The notes under the pieces are model-generated. The model was not told where the DNA came from, did no database searches, and worked only from the letters and a program-made list of their open reading frames with translations. The position numbers were made by a program, and so were the translations under genes. Below are positions 1 through 9,172 of a stretch of DNA of 64,000 nucleotides, one piece after another. Position 1 is the stretch's first letter, and each line of letters begins with the position of its first letter. Origin of the DNA: a virus. The stretch lies in the IMG/VR virus record IMGVR_UViG_3300044770_000015. One strand, written 5' to 3'.

Positions 1-308
1 GAACCGTTGTAGGCAGAAATCAACCGTTCTTGGATTGATCCAGGACCAGAAATAAGTCGGAGGAGCCAATCCTTGTAGAAGTCAGTGACTGAAGACGACC
101 CTACCGCCAGCGTGAGAGTGTTCGAGGTACCTGCAGTCGCCTGACCTGAGAGGTCATTAGCGGGGTAGAAGCTCAGATCCTGTGTGTCGTTCACAACACG
201 CACAGGTGTGGCCAGCTGGAGGTGACTAATCTCGAGGAGGTAGACGGGTTCCTGACCCGATGAAGAGCCAACCTTCTCCTTGAAGTTCGAGGTGTAGCTC
301 TTAGCCAC
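1..308 (-). CDS. minor tail protein, DUF1833-like (N-terminal part; gene runs off the window start)
   Basis: Open minus-strand frame from GTG at 308 to the window edge; absent from the ORF track because it is truncated. My translation AKSYTSNFKEKVGSSSGQEPVYLLEISHLQLATPVRVVNDTQDL resembles the DUF1833 tail family. The GTG overlaps the stop of the upstream gene. Confidence 0.45.
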   Translation of the reverse strand, partial: MAKSYTSNFKEKVGSSSGQEPVYLLEISHLQLATPVRVVNDTQDLSFYPANDLSGQATAGTSNTLTLAVGSSSVTDFYKDWLLRLISGPGSIQERLISAYNG

Positions 309-660
309 TCCAGGTCTCGATCATAATTGGGATACGCCACTGTCCCAGACCAACAATAGGACGTTCCTTGTCCAGCTTGTTGACTACACGTGCAGTCCGG
401 ACGACGCTATCCTCAGGGTCAGTAAAGTCGAACCAGTCGGCACCATAGTTAATGGTCGTCTGGAACCAAGTAATGAAGCTCTGGTAGTCCGATAAGTTCG
501 CGATGGCGACAACGAACGAACGACCAACTAAGACTCGGCTGCGGACCTTTAGCTGCTTCGTCATCCCGTCTTCCATGGGAGTACGAACAAGAGCTGAGGC
601 ACGATCTTTCTCGTACCCTTCAGCAAGGATCTTGGCGTATGAATGTGGAAAGGCTGCCAT
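301..660 (-). CDS. minor (distal) tail protein
   Basis: 119-aa ORF immediately downstream of the tape measure gene. Called from position in the tail module. Confidence 0.5.
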   Translation of the reverse strand: MAAFPHSYAKILAEGYEKDRASALVRTPMEDGMTKQLKVRSRVLVGRSFVVAIANLSDYQSFITWFQTTINYGADWFDFTDPEDSVVRTARVVNKLDKERPIVGLGQWRIPIMIETWSG

Positions 661-670
661 GTCTATCGCC

Positions 671-3600
671 TTAGAATGTCGGAGCTCTTGTTAGGGACGC
701 GAGCCGTTCACGGGCTCCAGCGTCTCTGCGCATACGACGGAAGAACATCTCCACAACTGCTCCTTCGGCATCGAACGTAGTTGGACCTTGAGTCGCCTCC
801 ATGACAACTCCTGTCTCATTGCGGACGATGACTTTAATGGACATCCCAGCTCCAGCGGCGTGCTGTTGCTCTTGAGTGAGAACGTCTACCCGCTCTCCAG
901 GGGAGACTCTCATAGCAGCTACTCGGCTATCCGAGCTACCTGATCCACCGATCTTGTAGCTTCCACCAGAAGCATTCTCGCCTAGCCAGTCAATATCATT
1001 GAAGCCCGCCTCATCGACTCCCTGGTAGCTCGGATAATTAGGCATAGTTGACGCGATTGCTAAGCCACCAAACTTCCTCAGAGCTGCTTCGAAGACGCCA
1101 GTATTCGCATCTCCTGTCTGTCCAGTGTAGAGACCTCCGAAGAGTCCCTTCATGATTGGTTCTACAACCGTCATCTTGTACATGAACTCGAGTGCCGACT
1201 GGAGGATCTTATCGAACATTTCCTTCCAGCCGATCTGTTGCCCCATCGAGATCTTGGCAAGCGTTGTCGCGGCAGTGTCTTCGATCTCCCTGAATGTCTC
1301 TTTAAGGCTCCGACCAAACACAGTTGCTCGGTCGACAACCTTGCGATTCATATCGTCCTGGATCAGGAGGAGACGGCGTTCCACGTCCTCTATCGTCCCA
1401 ATACCCTGGCCAAAAGCTCGCCAGACGAGCTCAATCCGGTCACGATATTCCTCCAATACTCGGGTGCTCTTATCGCCCAACTGATTGTCCAGGTGCTCCA
1501 AGGCCTTGGTCAGCTTTTCAACTTCCTTGCTGGCATCTTCCGCGTCCGACATCTCCTTCCACTGCTTGCGGAACTCTGCCACTAACGTGTTGATGTGCTC
1601 CTGCGTGAGGCCCATCTTCTTGAGGACGTCGAAGTGCTCCGTCATTGTGACAAGCTGCTTCTCCAGTTGGGTCTGTTCACCAACTTCGCCCACCGTGGCT
1701 GCCTGGCGTCGGGCTTCCACCGTCTCGAACATCTTCGCGATAGCTTCACCGGCTGTAGCTGCCTTACCCGGCAACGCTTCGAGTTCCTTGAGTGTGTCTT
1801 TGCGCTGCTCGATTAGGAGATACATCTTGGCCAGCTGCTCCGTAAGGTTCCCACCTTCGAAGCCAGCGTCCTTCAAGGCCTTTGCGAGACCAATAAGACT
1901 ACCACGACCCTTCTCAGGCTGATCGGACATCATCTCGATCGCCTTAGCCATCCCTCTGGCCTGCTCAATGGCACCCTGTCCAAGCTCTGAGGCCTTTAGC
2001 TGTTCGCCGAGTCCGGTGACCTCGCGGATACTCTGCTTGATCTTCTCTGCCCAGTTTGCCCATTGAGTCCCAGGTTCTTCCCCACCAGCGACGCTAGTAG
2101 GCTTCAATTTGGACAGACGATCCAGGGTAGTCTCCATCTCCTTCCGGAGATCTTCCAGAGTCTGTAACCGCTTGCGAGCGGCAGTTACTTCAGGAGACTC
2201 ACCTGTTGGTTGAATACCCAGGAATGTACCGCCGAAGGGAGCTGCGATGCTCGGCTTGATATTTACCTCGTCCATCCTAGCCTTCTGAGAGGCTATTGTC
2301 AGACGCAACATCTCATGAGCGGACGAGAGTTCAACAGTCAGAAGCTGCAATCTTTCCTGTGTACCCTTCTTGATCTCGTCGGTAGTCTGTTTGTGCGACT
2401 TGCCGATCTTCTCCTGGACATCGAGCCAGGCCTTAGACTCGTTTACCCAATCCTCCATAGGAGTCTGGACAGACTGGATCGCATCCTTCAGGAGGTTGTA
2501 GCCTACAACGGCCCCTATGATGACAGCCGCCGCTTTGGCCATCACGCTAAGGAGTGCACCCCACCCTGTAGCGAGTGTCACCAGATCGAGCGTGATGATG
2601 GACGCTATAAGTGCCTTCATAGCTGTAACAGTGAGCATAATCACTGCCGGCAACCGAGCAAAGAGCTGGTATACTAGAAAACCGGCTCCGGCTCCTGCCA
2701 TGGCACCGAAGAGTGCAATAACAGTCTCCATGTTCTTAGTGAGGTACTCCAGGGTCAGACGAGTGGCAATTACAGCTTCCCGGAAGAGCTTGGAGAACCC
2801 AGTAACGGCATCGAACCTCTTGAGCAATTCGAAGCTGGCCGAACCAAGCCTCTCGAGCTGAGCTTGCAAAGCAATTGCAGCCTGAGATGCCGCAGGTCCA
2901 AAGGCTTCTATCCATCCCTTGGCCATTTTCGGGAGGAGATCCCTCGCCAGAACTTCCCCGTTCTTGATCATCTTGGTCAACTGACTTTCTGTGACTCCCA
3001 TCGCCTGAGCAGCAATCGCAAAGGAGCCCGGCAGCAAGTCGCCTAACTGTCTGCGGAGTTCCTCCATTGAAACCGTGCCCTTGGAGAACATCTGCTCCAG
3101 GGCTAAGAATACGAGCCCCATGCGCTCGCTATTGAGCTTCATAGCGGTACCAGCAACGGTAGCAGCCTCGAAGATCTTCCGCTGGTCTTGGAGACTAACA
3201 TTCGACAATCGGGCGGCAGTCGTGAACTTAGCGTAGGGCTCGATGAGGTTGCGTACGTTCTGGCCCAGCCTGTTAGACAGCTCCAGAAGGTAGGCGTACG
3301 TATCGGCATTTAAGACTGCAGCGCCGGTAGACGCTGTCAACTGGGCGTTGAAGCGCTCCATGTCCATCGTGGCCTTAACACCTGCCGCAGCGAGGAGGCC
3401 AATGCCTGTGACAACGCCCGTTGCTCCGGCAATCATCAACGTCATCGAGCTACCAACGGATTCGAAGAGCGCGGCCAAGACTGCGAGGCGCGCTCCGACT
3501 CCTGACAGAGGACCAATTGCGAGAATGGCAGCCCGCTCAAGGTCCCTGAAGGCAAGCGCTAGTCCGCCCACCTCCTTTTGACTTGCCAACCGATTACCAC

Positions 3601-3973
3601 CTGAGATGACAGCGCCCATACCGATGGACGCTCGGGCGATCTGCGACCGACTCAGTAAATCAGCCTGCCTGGTAAGAGTCGTGTTGACTCTCTTATACGC
3701 CTGATCAATCTTGTCGATTTCCGTCGCAGAAACTCCCGCCTCTCTCATGCGGGCGATAACAGCCGAAGTCCTCACATAGAGTGTAGTGAGGATACGCTCG
3801 ATGCTGGCGAACTTCCGATACTGCTTCTGGACAGTATCGTCCTCGATCTGACCAAGACGCTCGACTTCCTTACCGTACTTGCGGAGCTGGGTAAGTGATT
3901 GCTCGAGCGCCCTAGTCTCAGGTACGAGACCGAATCCGACTGTTCCTAGATCGATTGTTCGGCGGGTGGCCAT
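671..3973 (-). CDS. tail tape measure protein
   Basis: 1100-aa ORF with coiled-coil-like stretches and central hydrophobic/glycine-rich segments (GATGVVTGIGLLAAAGV, AGAGAGFLVY). It follows the G/GT chaperone pair. Confidence 0.9.
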   Translation of the reverse strand: MATRRTIDLGTVGFGLVPETRALEQSLTQLRKYGKEVERLGQIEDDTVQKQYRKFASIERILTTLYVRTSAVIARMREAGVSATEIDKIDQAYKRVNTTLTRQADLLSRSQIARASIGMGAVISGGNRLASQKEVGGLALAFRDLERAAILAIGPLSGVGARLAVLAALFESVGSSMTLMIAGATGVVTGIGLLAAAGVKATMDMERFNAQLTASTGAAVLNADTYAYLLELSNRLGQNVRNLIEPYAKFTTAARLSNVSLQDQRKIFEAATVAGTAMKLNSERMGLVFLALEQMFSKGTVSMEELRRQLGDLLPGSFAIAAQAMGVTESQLTKMIKNGEVLARDLLPKMAKGWIEAFGPAASQAAIALQAQLERLGSASFELLKRFDAVTGFSKLFREAVIATRLTLEYLTKNMETVIALFGAMAGAGAGFLVYQLFARLPAVIMLTVTAMKALIASIITLDLVTLATGWGALLSVMAKAAAVIIGAVVGYNLLKDAIQSVQTPMEDWVNESKAWLDVQEKIGKSHKQTTDEIKKGTQERLQLLTVELSSAHEMLRLTIASQKARMDEVNIKPSIAAPFGGTFLGIQPTGESPEVTAARKRLQTLEDLRKEMETTLDRLSKLKPTSVAGGEEPGTQWANWAEKIKQSIREVTGLGEQLKASELGQGAIEQARGMAKAIEMMSDQPEKGRGSLIGLAKALKDAGFEGGNLTEQLAKMYLLIEQRKDTLKELEALPGKAATAGEAIAKMFETVEARRQAATVGEVGEQTQLEKQLVTMTEHFDVLKKMGLTQEHINTLVAEFRKQWKEMSDAEDASKEVEKLTKALEHLDNQLGDKSTRVLEEYRDRIELVWRAFGQGIGTIEDVERRLLLIQDDMNRKVVDRATVFGRSLKETFREIEDTAATTLAKISMGQQIGWKEMFDKILQSALEFMYKMTVVEPIMKGLFGGLYTGQTGDANTGVFEAALRKFGGLAIASTMPNYPSYQGVDEAGFNDIDWLGENASGGSYKIGGSGSSDSRVAAMRVSPGERVDVLTQEQQHAAGAGMSIKVIVRNETGVVMEATQGPTTFDAEGAVVEMFFRRMRRDAGARERLASLTRAPTF

Positions 3974-4438
3974 CTTTGTACACGTGCTCCTTGAGGTACG
4001 TGACCCAGCGGGCGAACTCGTCGCCCCCCATCACCTTTACCTCCGACTCTGTCTTACCCAGATGATATCCGACGCTCTGGATCAAGAACTGGTAGGAGTC
4101 CTGCTTTAGTCTTTTCCCGCTGCTTTGAGCTCCGCCGGTAGGAGCTGCTTGTTGATCGCGTCCATCAGCTTCTGGTAGTAACCACCAGCCGGAAGTCCCA
4201 TCAGGACATCGAAGTCCTGCGCCTCGAAGACGGGGTCCTCAGTGCCAGGTACGAAGCAACATGAGATGAGATAACTCGCCATGCGCTTCTTGTTGTCGGT
4301 CTCGTTCACTGCATCGAGCATCTGCCCGATCGACATTTGGCGGACTTCCACCTGTGTACTGTCGTCAAGCTCTACTACGATCCGACGGATCTTCTCGTCC
4401 AGGATCTTGCCACGAATACTATCACGTACTGTGTTCAT
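3918..4438 (-). CDS. tail assembly chaperone, -1 frameshift product (GT-like)
   Basis: After the slippery GGGAAAA at 4118..4112, the -1 frame stays open for 66 codons (GKRLKQDSYQFLIQSVGYHLGKTESEVKVMGGDEFARWVTYLKEHV...). It ends at TGA 3920..3918, overlapping the tape measure start. Confidence 0.65.
4106..4438 (-). CDS. tail assembly chaperone (G-like, zero-frame product)
   Basis: 110-aa acidic ORF between the major tail protein and the tape measure. The slippery heptamer lies 2 codons before its stop. Confidence 0.75.
   Translation of the reverse strand: MNTVRDSIRGKILDEKIRRIVVELDDSTQVEVRQMSIGQMLDAVNETDNKKRMASYLISCCFVPGTEDPVFEAQDFDVLMGLPAGGYYQKLMDAINKQLLPAELKAAGKD
4112..4118 (-). other. programmed -1 ribosomal frameshift slippery heptamer G_GGA_AAA
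   Basis: Plus-strand ttttccc equals minus-strand GGGAAAA, read in zero frame as GCG GGA AAA GAC TAA. This is the X_XXY_YYZ pattern, as in the lambda G/GT site. Confidence 0.65.
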
Positions 4439-4523
4439 GTTCTACTCCTCTACGTTGAAAGGGGCCTAGGAGCGCCGGACATTAATTTCAGACCCTTGCC
4501 CCTAGGTGATTCGGTAATTGATC

Positions 4524-5579
4524 TTACGCCGCGGTTGGCTGTCCGCTACCCTGGATGTTGACGGCGAACGTATTGACCGACTCCATCCCAGCCGTGAGGG
4601 AGAGACTCGTCAGGACGCCTGCACCTTTCCAGCCGGCGACACCGTCGTGGAGATATTTGCCATAGATCGGCAGATCCCCGAGGAACCGATCCAGACAGGT
4701 CTTGATGGCCGTCGGAATCGGCGACAGTGGCGACGTCGAATGGAACCAGTTGAACGGCGACGTGAGACCCGGCGTCGAGGCATAGTACGGGACGTTCAGC
4801 TCGAACCGGAGGTTCTCATCTTCCAGTGCCCCGACGTTACCCGACTGCCTTTGGGACATGAGACGGAAGAAGCCCCGTGCAATGGAGCCTGACCACCCAG
4901 TGCCATCGGGGTTGATCTCGATCAACCATTCCTGGCGGTCATCGACCTCATCGCCCCACCCGTCGGCTGCCAAGAAGACGTTCGGTAGCTCCAAGGTAAC
5001 GGTCTTGAGACCTGGCGAGTGCGTATGGTACCCCGAGTTCGCCTGGAGTGCGGGCATATCGGAGGTACGAAGGGCCTCGGCCGTCATGTTGAGCGTAAAG
5101 CCAGTGTACTTGGCGATCGCCACCGTCATCGGGAAGTAATTCCCCGTGATAGTGACTGAACCCGTAACCGTGTAGGCTGACTTGAACGTCACCGTCCCCA
5201 GCAAGTAGTCGATATGATCGACGTCTGCTGTGTGATCGACAGCGTTGTCCTCTACCACTACCGTCGTTGCGCGGTCGATTGCGCGCTTGGCTGTTGCGGT
5301 AATACGGTACGTCTTGCCCGAAACAAGGGCCATCGCTTCGTCCGACATCGCTGTTGAGGTACCGGGCTTGAGGATCTTCGCGGCGTAACCCGGGAAGCCC
5401 TTGTACACAGCGTTGGCGTTGATACCCCACGTGATTGGACCCGTCAGGGCAGACTTGTAGACCTGCCCGAAGATGGTGTCGTCGATTGACGCTCCGTCGC
5501 GACTGATTTCGCCCTGACCTCCAGGAAGAAGGTAATAGGTTGCGTCGTCGGCGGAGATTTCGATGCGCTTTGCAGCCAT
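4524..5579 (-). CDS. major tail (tube) protein
   Basis: 351-aa ORF directly upstream of the chaperone/tape-measure pair, the canonical siphovirus order. Confidence 0.65.
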   Translation of the reverse strand: MAAKRIEISADDATYYLLPGGQGEISRDGASIDDTIFGQVYKSALTGPITWGINANAVYKGFPGYAAKILKPGTSTAMSDEAMALVSGKTYRITATAKRAIDRATTVVVEDNAVDHTADVDHIDYLLGTVTFKSAYTVTGSVTITGNYFPMTVAIAKYTGFTLNMTAEALRTSDMPALQANSGYHTHSPGLKTVTLELPNVFLAADGWGDEVDDRQEWLIEINPDGTGWSGSIARGFFRLMSQRQSGNVGALEDENLRFELNVPYYASTPGLTSPFNWFHSTSPLSPIPTAIKTCLDRFLGDLPIYGKYLHDGVAGWKGAGVLTSLSLTAGMESVNTFAVNIQGSGQPTAA

Positions 5580-5597
5580 GGTTTGTCCTTTCCTTTA

Positions 5598-6035
5598 CTA
5601 GGTAATAGCGACTCTGTTTCCGCCGGCTTCCGCCGCGGGCTCAACTATGAACCAGAAATTCGCCACCAACATCGGGCGAGTATTGTCGTCCTGCCCCAGA
5701 TAGCTCACATCACCGACCTGGTTGCAAGACCGGTAGGTATCCCCTTGGAGAACCTGTGTCGTCATCCCTAAAAGGCGATTGACGATTGCTTGGATCTTGT
5801 TACTCGCATCCACGTAACCATTCTTTGAGCCTCGAACCATTACCTGAACTGAAGGCTCGTTCAGGAGTAAGTGAGGGAAGGGAGGACGACCACCAGTCCT
5901 ATTGACGAGAATAATCGTGTCTGGCACTGAAGGAAGCGCTCCGAGAAACACGCCCCATCCCGTCGTAGCCCCGAAGGCTCCAAGGGGGGGTGCTCCTACG
6001 ATCACGTCCTTAATGCAGATGGCTGGATCTTTCAT
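5598..6035 (-). CDS. tail completion/terminator-type protein
   Basis: 145-aa ORF between the neck genes and the tail tube gene. Called from position. Confidence 0.45.
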   Translation of the reverse strand: MKDPAICIKDVIVGAPPLGAFGATTGWGVFLGALPSVPDTIILVNRTGGRPPFPHLLLNEPSVQVMVRGSKNGYVDASNKIQAIVNRLLGMTTQVLQGDTYRSCNQVGDVSYLGQDDNTRPMLVANFWFIVEPAAEAGGNRVAIT

Positions 6036-6502
6036 ACCATCCCCAGTGCCGAGGCATAGTCTACAGCCAGTGAAGTGAGGAAGCTATCCATCTCCTCCTC
6101 CAGGGCAGACTGTAGATACTTGGCACGAGTCGGTGGATTGTGGTTAAGCCATACGTACTCGTGTACCAATGCAGCGTACCAAGCCTCGTGGTTGCCGTAG
6201 GTGATTGATCCTCGGATGTTGCCTGGGCTCCCTTCCACTTCGAGAATCGCCGACTCGGACAGGCGACCCGATTTGTAGGGTACGTACTCCAGACTCTTAT
6301 TGAAGACAGGCTCGAGCGCATTCCTGACAGCATCAGGCGTAACGCTATGGAGCTGCTTGATGATTCTTTCGTAGTTCCTAACTACAGTCGCCATGCTCTC
6401 ACGTGCAGAGATCATGGAGCTCCGTCGGTAGAATGCGTGACTCCCCTCGTTTACACGCCCGGGGAGTCTTGGCTGGAAATCGGCTTTAATCCTGGTGGCC
6501 AT
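6032..6502 (-). CDS. HK97 gp10-like neck/tail-joining protein
   Basis: 156-aa ORF. The segment YVPYKSGRLSESA...ITYGNHEAWYAALVHE resembles the HK97 gp10 family. ATGA-type coupling to its neighbours. Confidence 0.5.
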   Translation of the reverse strand: MATRIKADFQPRLPGRVNEGSHAFYRRSSMISARESMATVVRNYERIIKQLHSVTPDAVRNALEPVFNKSLEYVPYKSGRLSESAILEVEGSPGNIRGSITYGNHEAWYAALVHEYVWLNHNPPTRAKYLQSALEEEMDSFLTSLAVDYASALGMV

Positions 6503-6867
6503 TAGAGGACCGCCCTTCTGACTTCGTCTAGTGAGCGAAGGTCAGGAATCTTGTCGTAGCGCTGGATCTTTAGTGCTCCAGCAATAGCCACGGGCGAGCT
6601 TTGGGCCACTTGGTTACCTTGCAGGAGGAAGTCACCAACTGCCATGTCCCGATCTACGAACACGACGGCTTTGCTGATCAATTCCCGGCGATCCAGGGCA
6701 CCATAGAAGGTCTCCTGACGATCCTCCCACCGCCCATCGATCAATACTGGGGATGCAAAGGTATCACCGCCAAAGCCATCTCCTCCAGTGACTCTCCACC
6801 AAGTCAGCTTGTGCGGAAGACGGCCTACGAGAATGCCCATTAGTGCTTCACTCCAGGGGATCCACAT
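6502..6867 (-). CDS. head closure / head-tail adaptor protein
   Basis: 121-aa ORF in the connector block. Called from position only. Confidence 0.4.
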   Translation of the reverse strand: MWIPWSEALMGILVGRLPHKLTWWRVTGGDGFGGDTFASPVLIDGRWEDRQETFYGALDRRELISKAVVFVDRDMAVGDFLLQGNQVAQSSPVAIAGALKIQRYDKIPDLRSLDEVRRAVL

Positions 6868-7255
6868 CAGGAGTACCGATCACAGTGAACTCGGCACGTC
6901 TCATTGGGCTCGTAGCGTTCGCCGACATATCCGAGAGTATCCCGGATCTGTCAAGCAAAAGAGCCTGTTGGCCAAAGCGGGTGGAGCTGAAACCAGCTTT
7001 GTAGATATCGTGGTACCTCTCGGTAGCCTCACCGACTTGGACTGCAGCTAAGGGACCCTTCTCCCAAGACAGCGTCGCAAAGTGCGCCGCAAGGAAGAGC
7101 TCGATGTTCTTAAGCGTTGCATCTGTCATCCCCTGGCCTACAAGGTTCTCCGTGACTAGAGTAGAGGCAACCGGGATGGCAGTAATAATCGCCGGAGCCG
7201 CCTGGTCTGGCAGTCCCGCGATACTACGTACTTCCGCCTGTCCTACTCTGGCCAC
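6848..7255 (-). CDS. head-tail connector protein (gp6/DUF4054-like)
   Basis: 135-aa ORF, the first gene after the capsid cassette. Called from position and size. Confidence 0.4.
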   Translation of the reverse strand: MARVGQAEVRSIAGLPDQAAPAIITAIPVASTLVTENLVGQGMTDATLKNIELFLAAHFATLSWEKGPLAAVQVGEATERYHDIYKAGFSSTRFGQQALLLDRSGILSDMSANATSPMRRAEFTVIGTPDVDPLE

Positions 7256-7267
7256 AAGAGTCTCCCG

Positions 7268-7522
7268 TTACTTGCTGGTCTTCGGACCGACTAGTGCTGA
7301 CTTCGAAGTCGGCGTCGGCGTCTTGTTCGGTTCGGGTTCGGGTTCGGCCGCGGCCGCGACCGCGACTACTGGCTCGTCCTCGATGACGGGAACGAACTTG
7401 TTCGGGAACTTGGCGGCTTCCGACGCCGACATCTCGATCGGGTCGCCCTGGTTGAAAGTCTTTTCCGACCCATCGGCTTGACGCTGGTGATGCTTGCCTG
7501 CTGCGACCTTGAACTTTGCCAT
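7268..7522 (-). CDS. hypothetical protein with A/E/P-rich tail
   Basis: 84-aa ORF just after the capsid terminator. Contains AVAAAAEPEPEPNKTPTPT. Confidence 0.55.
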   Translation of the reverse strand: MAKFKVAAGKHHQRQADGSEKTFNQGDPIEMSASEAAKFPNKFVPVIEDEPVVAVAAAAEPEPEPNKTPTPTSKSALVGPKTSK

Positions 7523-7545
7523 GATGATCTCCTGACTAGTTGACT

Positions 7546-7579
7546 ACGAAACAAATGGTGGGGGTCTCGGCCCCCACCA
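7546..7579 (-). terminator. rho-independent terminator downstream of the major capsid gene
   Basis: Perfect 9-bp stem, tggtggggg (7556-7564) pairing with cccccacca (7571-7579). On the minus strand it is followed by TTTGTTTCGT. Confidence 0.7.
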
Positions 7580-7623
7580 TCCCGATGCTATTGCCGTTCG
7601 TGCGCTCCTGAGCTTCAGGCCGC

Positions 7624-8616
7624 TTACGTGTAGTGCACGACTCCTGACTGGCCCGTCTGATCGGACTTGATGCGTGGTGCACCGATCATCATGACCTTGA
7701 AGTGGATCATCATGCCGCCGTGCGAGTCCCACATCACGGTCGTGGGTTGCAGGCCATCCAGCCAGTCGACGACGTCCGAGGACATCTGCACCAGCAGGAC
7801 TTCCGCACCAGTGGCGACTTGCGACGTCGGGCGGATCGCTGCGATCTCCGGTACTTCCAGCAGCCGGGAGATGATCGACTTGTCGCTGGCCGCTTTGAAG
7901 TCGCCGAGCAGGCGAACGTAGGAGGCGACACTGACATACACGATGTACGGGCCGAACATGTTGTCAGCCACGGCCTTGGCGATCATCGCCATCAGGTCGG
8001 TCAGGATCACTTCACCGGTCGTGGTGCCGAGATCCCAGTCCGTCGTGGTTGAACCCGTATTACGGGAGGGATGGTTCTTGTAGCCGTAGATCGTCCCGCC
8101 ACCGGCCACCACGCTCGCGCCGTTGAACACCATCGCTTCGGCCGCATCCGCGACCTTGCGCGTGGCGATCGCTGCCATCGTGGTATCGACTGGCTGACCC
8201 ATCCGACGCCCCGACTCGAGGTTCCGCAAGGACAACTGAAAGTCCTTGTGGATGATCGGCAGTGGCGTGTTCACCTGGCTGAACAGCACCCGGTCACGCT
8301 CGCCCTCCGCCAGACCCGTCATGTTGATGTCGGCAGCCGACATGTCGCTCGACGTCTCGTGCTGGACGATCGTTGTGCCCATCGCGTTGGCGATTGGCAT
8401 GCGCAGACCGCGAGTCAGCAGATCGCCGACTGCCACGAGCCGTGGACGGGCGACTTCGACCACGGTGCGATCGAACAGCAGCCACTCCTCCTTGCGGAGT
8501 ACATCGTTGGTGCGGAGGGCGTTGATATTGAGCCCGTTCGCCATGAGCCTTGCGGCCACGGAGCCCGGCTGGTACTGACCGCCTTGCACCAGTCCTTCGA
8601 CTTGGTTCGGATTCAT
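7624..8616 (-). CDS. major capsid protein (HK97 fold, encapsulin-like family)
   Basis: 330-aa ORF following the scaffold and decoration genes. The N-terminal LRKEEWLLFDRTVVEVARPRL pattern is typical of this capsid family. Confidence 0.8.
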   Translation of the reverse strand: MNPNQVEGLVQGGQYQPGSVAARLMANGLNINALRTNDVLRKEEWLLFDRTVVEVARPRLVAVGDLLTRGLRMPIANAMGTTIVQHETSSDMSAADINMTGLAEGERDRVLFSQVNTPLPIIHKDFQLSLRNLESGRRMGQPVDTTMAAIATRKVADAAEAMVFNGASVVAGGGTIYGYKNHPSRNTGSTTTDWDLGTTTGEVILTDLMAMIAKAVADNMFGPYIVYVSVASYVRLLGDFKAASDKSIISRLLEVPEIAAIRPTSQVATGAEVLLVQMSSDVVDWLDGLQPTTVMWDSHGGMMIHFKVMMIGAPRIKSDQTGQSGVVHYT

Positions 8617-8652
8617 TAGTGCTTCCTTTCCTGAGTTGGACTGAACTGGGAC

Positions 8653-9099
8653 CTAGACGGTCTCGACTTTGATTCGAACCACCGTACCGCCGGCGGAGTT
8701 GTCCACGGCTTCGAGCGCACGCGCCAGTACTCGACGCAGATTGCCCACGGTCACCGCGCCGGCAGTGACTTTCTTCAGCGTGCCGTCGCCGTTGCTCACC
8801 AGCTCATCGCCGATGACGACTGCCAGAGCGCTCGCCGGCAGGAGCGCATAGATCTCGGCGCCTCTCAGCGGAATCACCGCTTGGACACGTTCGGTCGAGC
8901 TGTAGGCGGAGCTGATGTCCTTGCCGACGAAGTCCTTCTCGAGGGCGAACATCGGGTAGGCGTTGCCTTCCGCCGTACCGTGAACGACGAACTGCTTGGA
9001 CGTGTTGTAGTTGATCAGGTGACCCGGAGTGATTGCGCCCCCAGCGGCTGCTTCTTTGACTTGGCCTTCGCCCTTCAGCCAGATGGTATTGCTTGCCAT
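8653..9099 (-). CDS. head decoration protein (DUF2190-like)
   Basis: 148-aa ORF between the scaffold and capsid genes. Size and G/A/V-rich beta-type sequence fit DUF2190. Confidence 0.55.
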   Translation of the reverse strand: MASNTIWLKGEGQVKEAAAGGAITPGHLINYNTSKQFVVHGTAEGNAYPMFALEKDFVGKDISSAYSSTERVQAVIPLRGAEIYALLPASALAVVIGDELVSNGDGTLKKVTAGAVTVGNLRRVLARALEAVDNSAGGTVVRIKVETV

Positions 9100-9172
9100 G
9101 GTAGTGCCCTTTCAGGGTTAGTTCGGTTTCTTTGCGTCGACTATGTGACGACTTGACTACGCCCCGTTGGGG

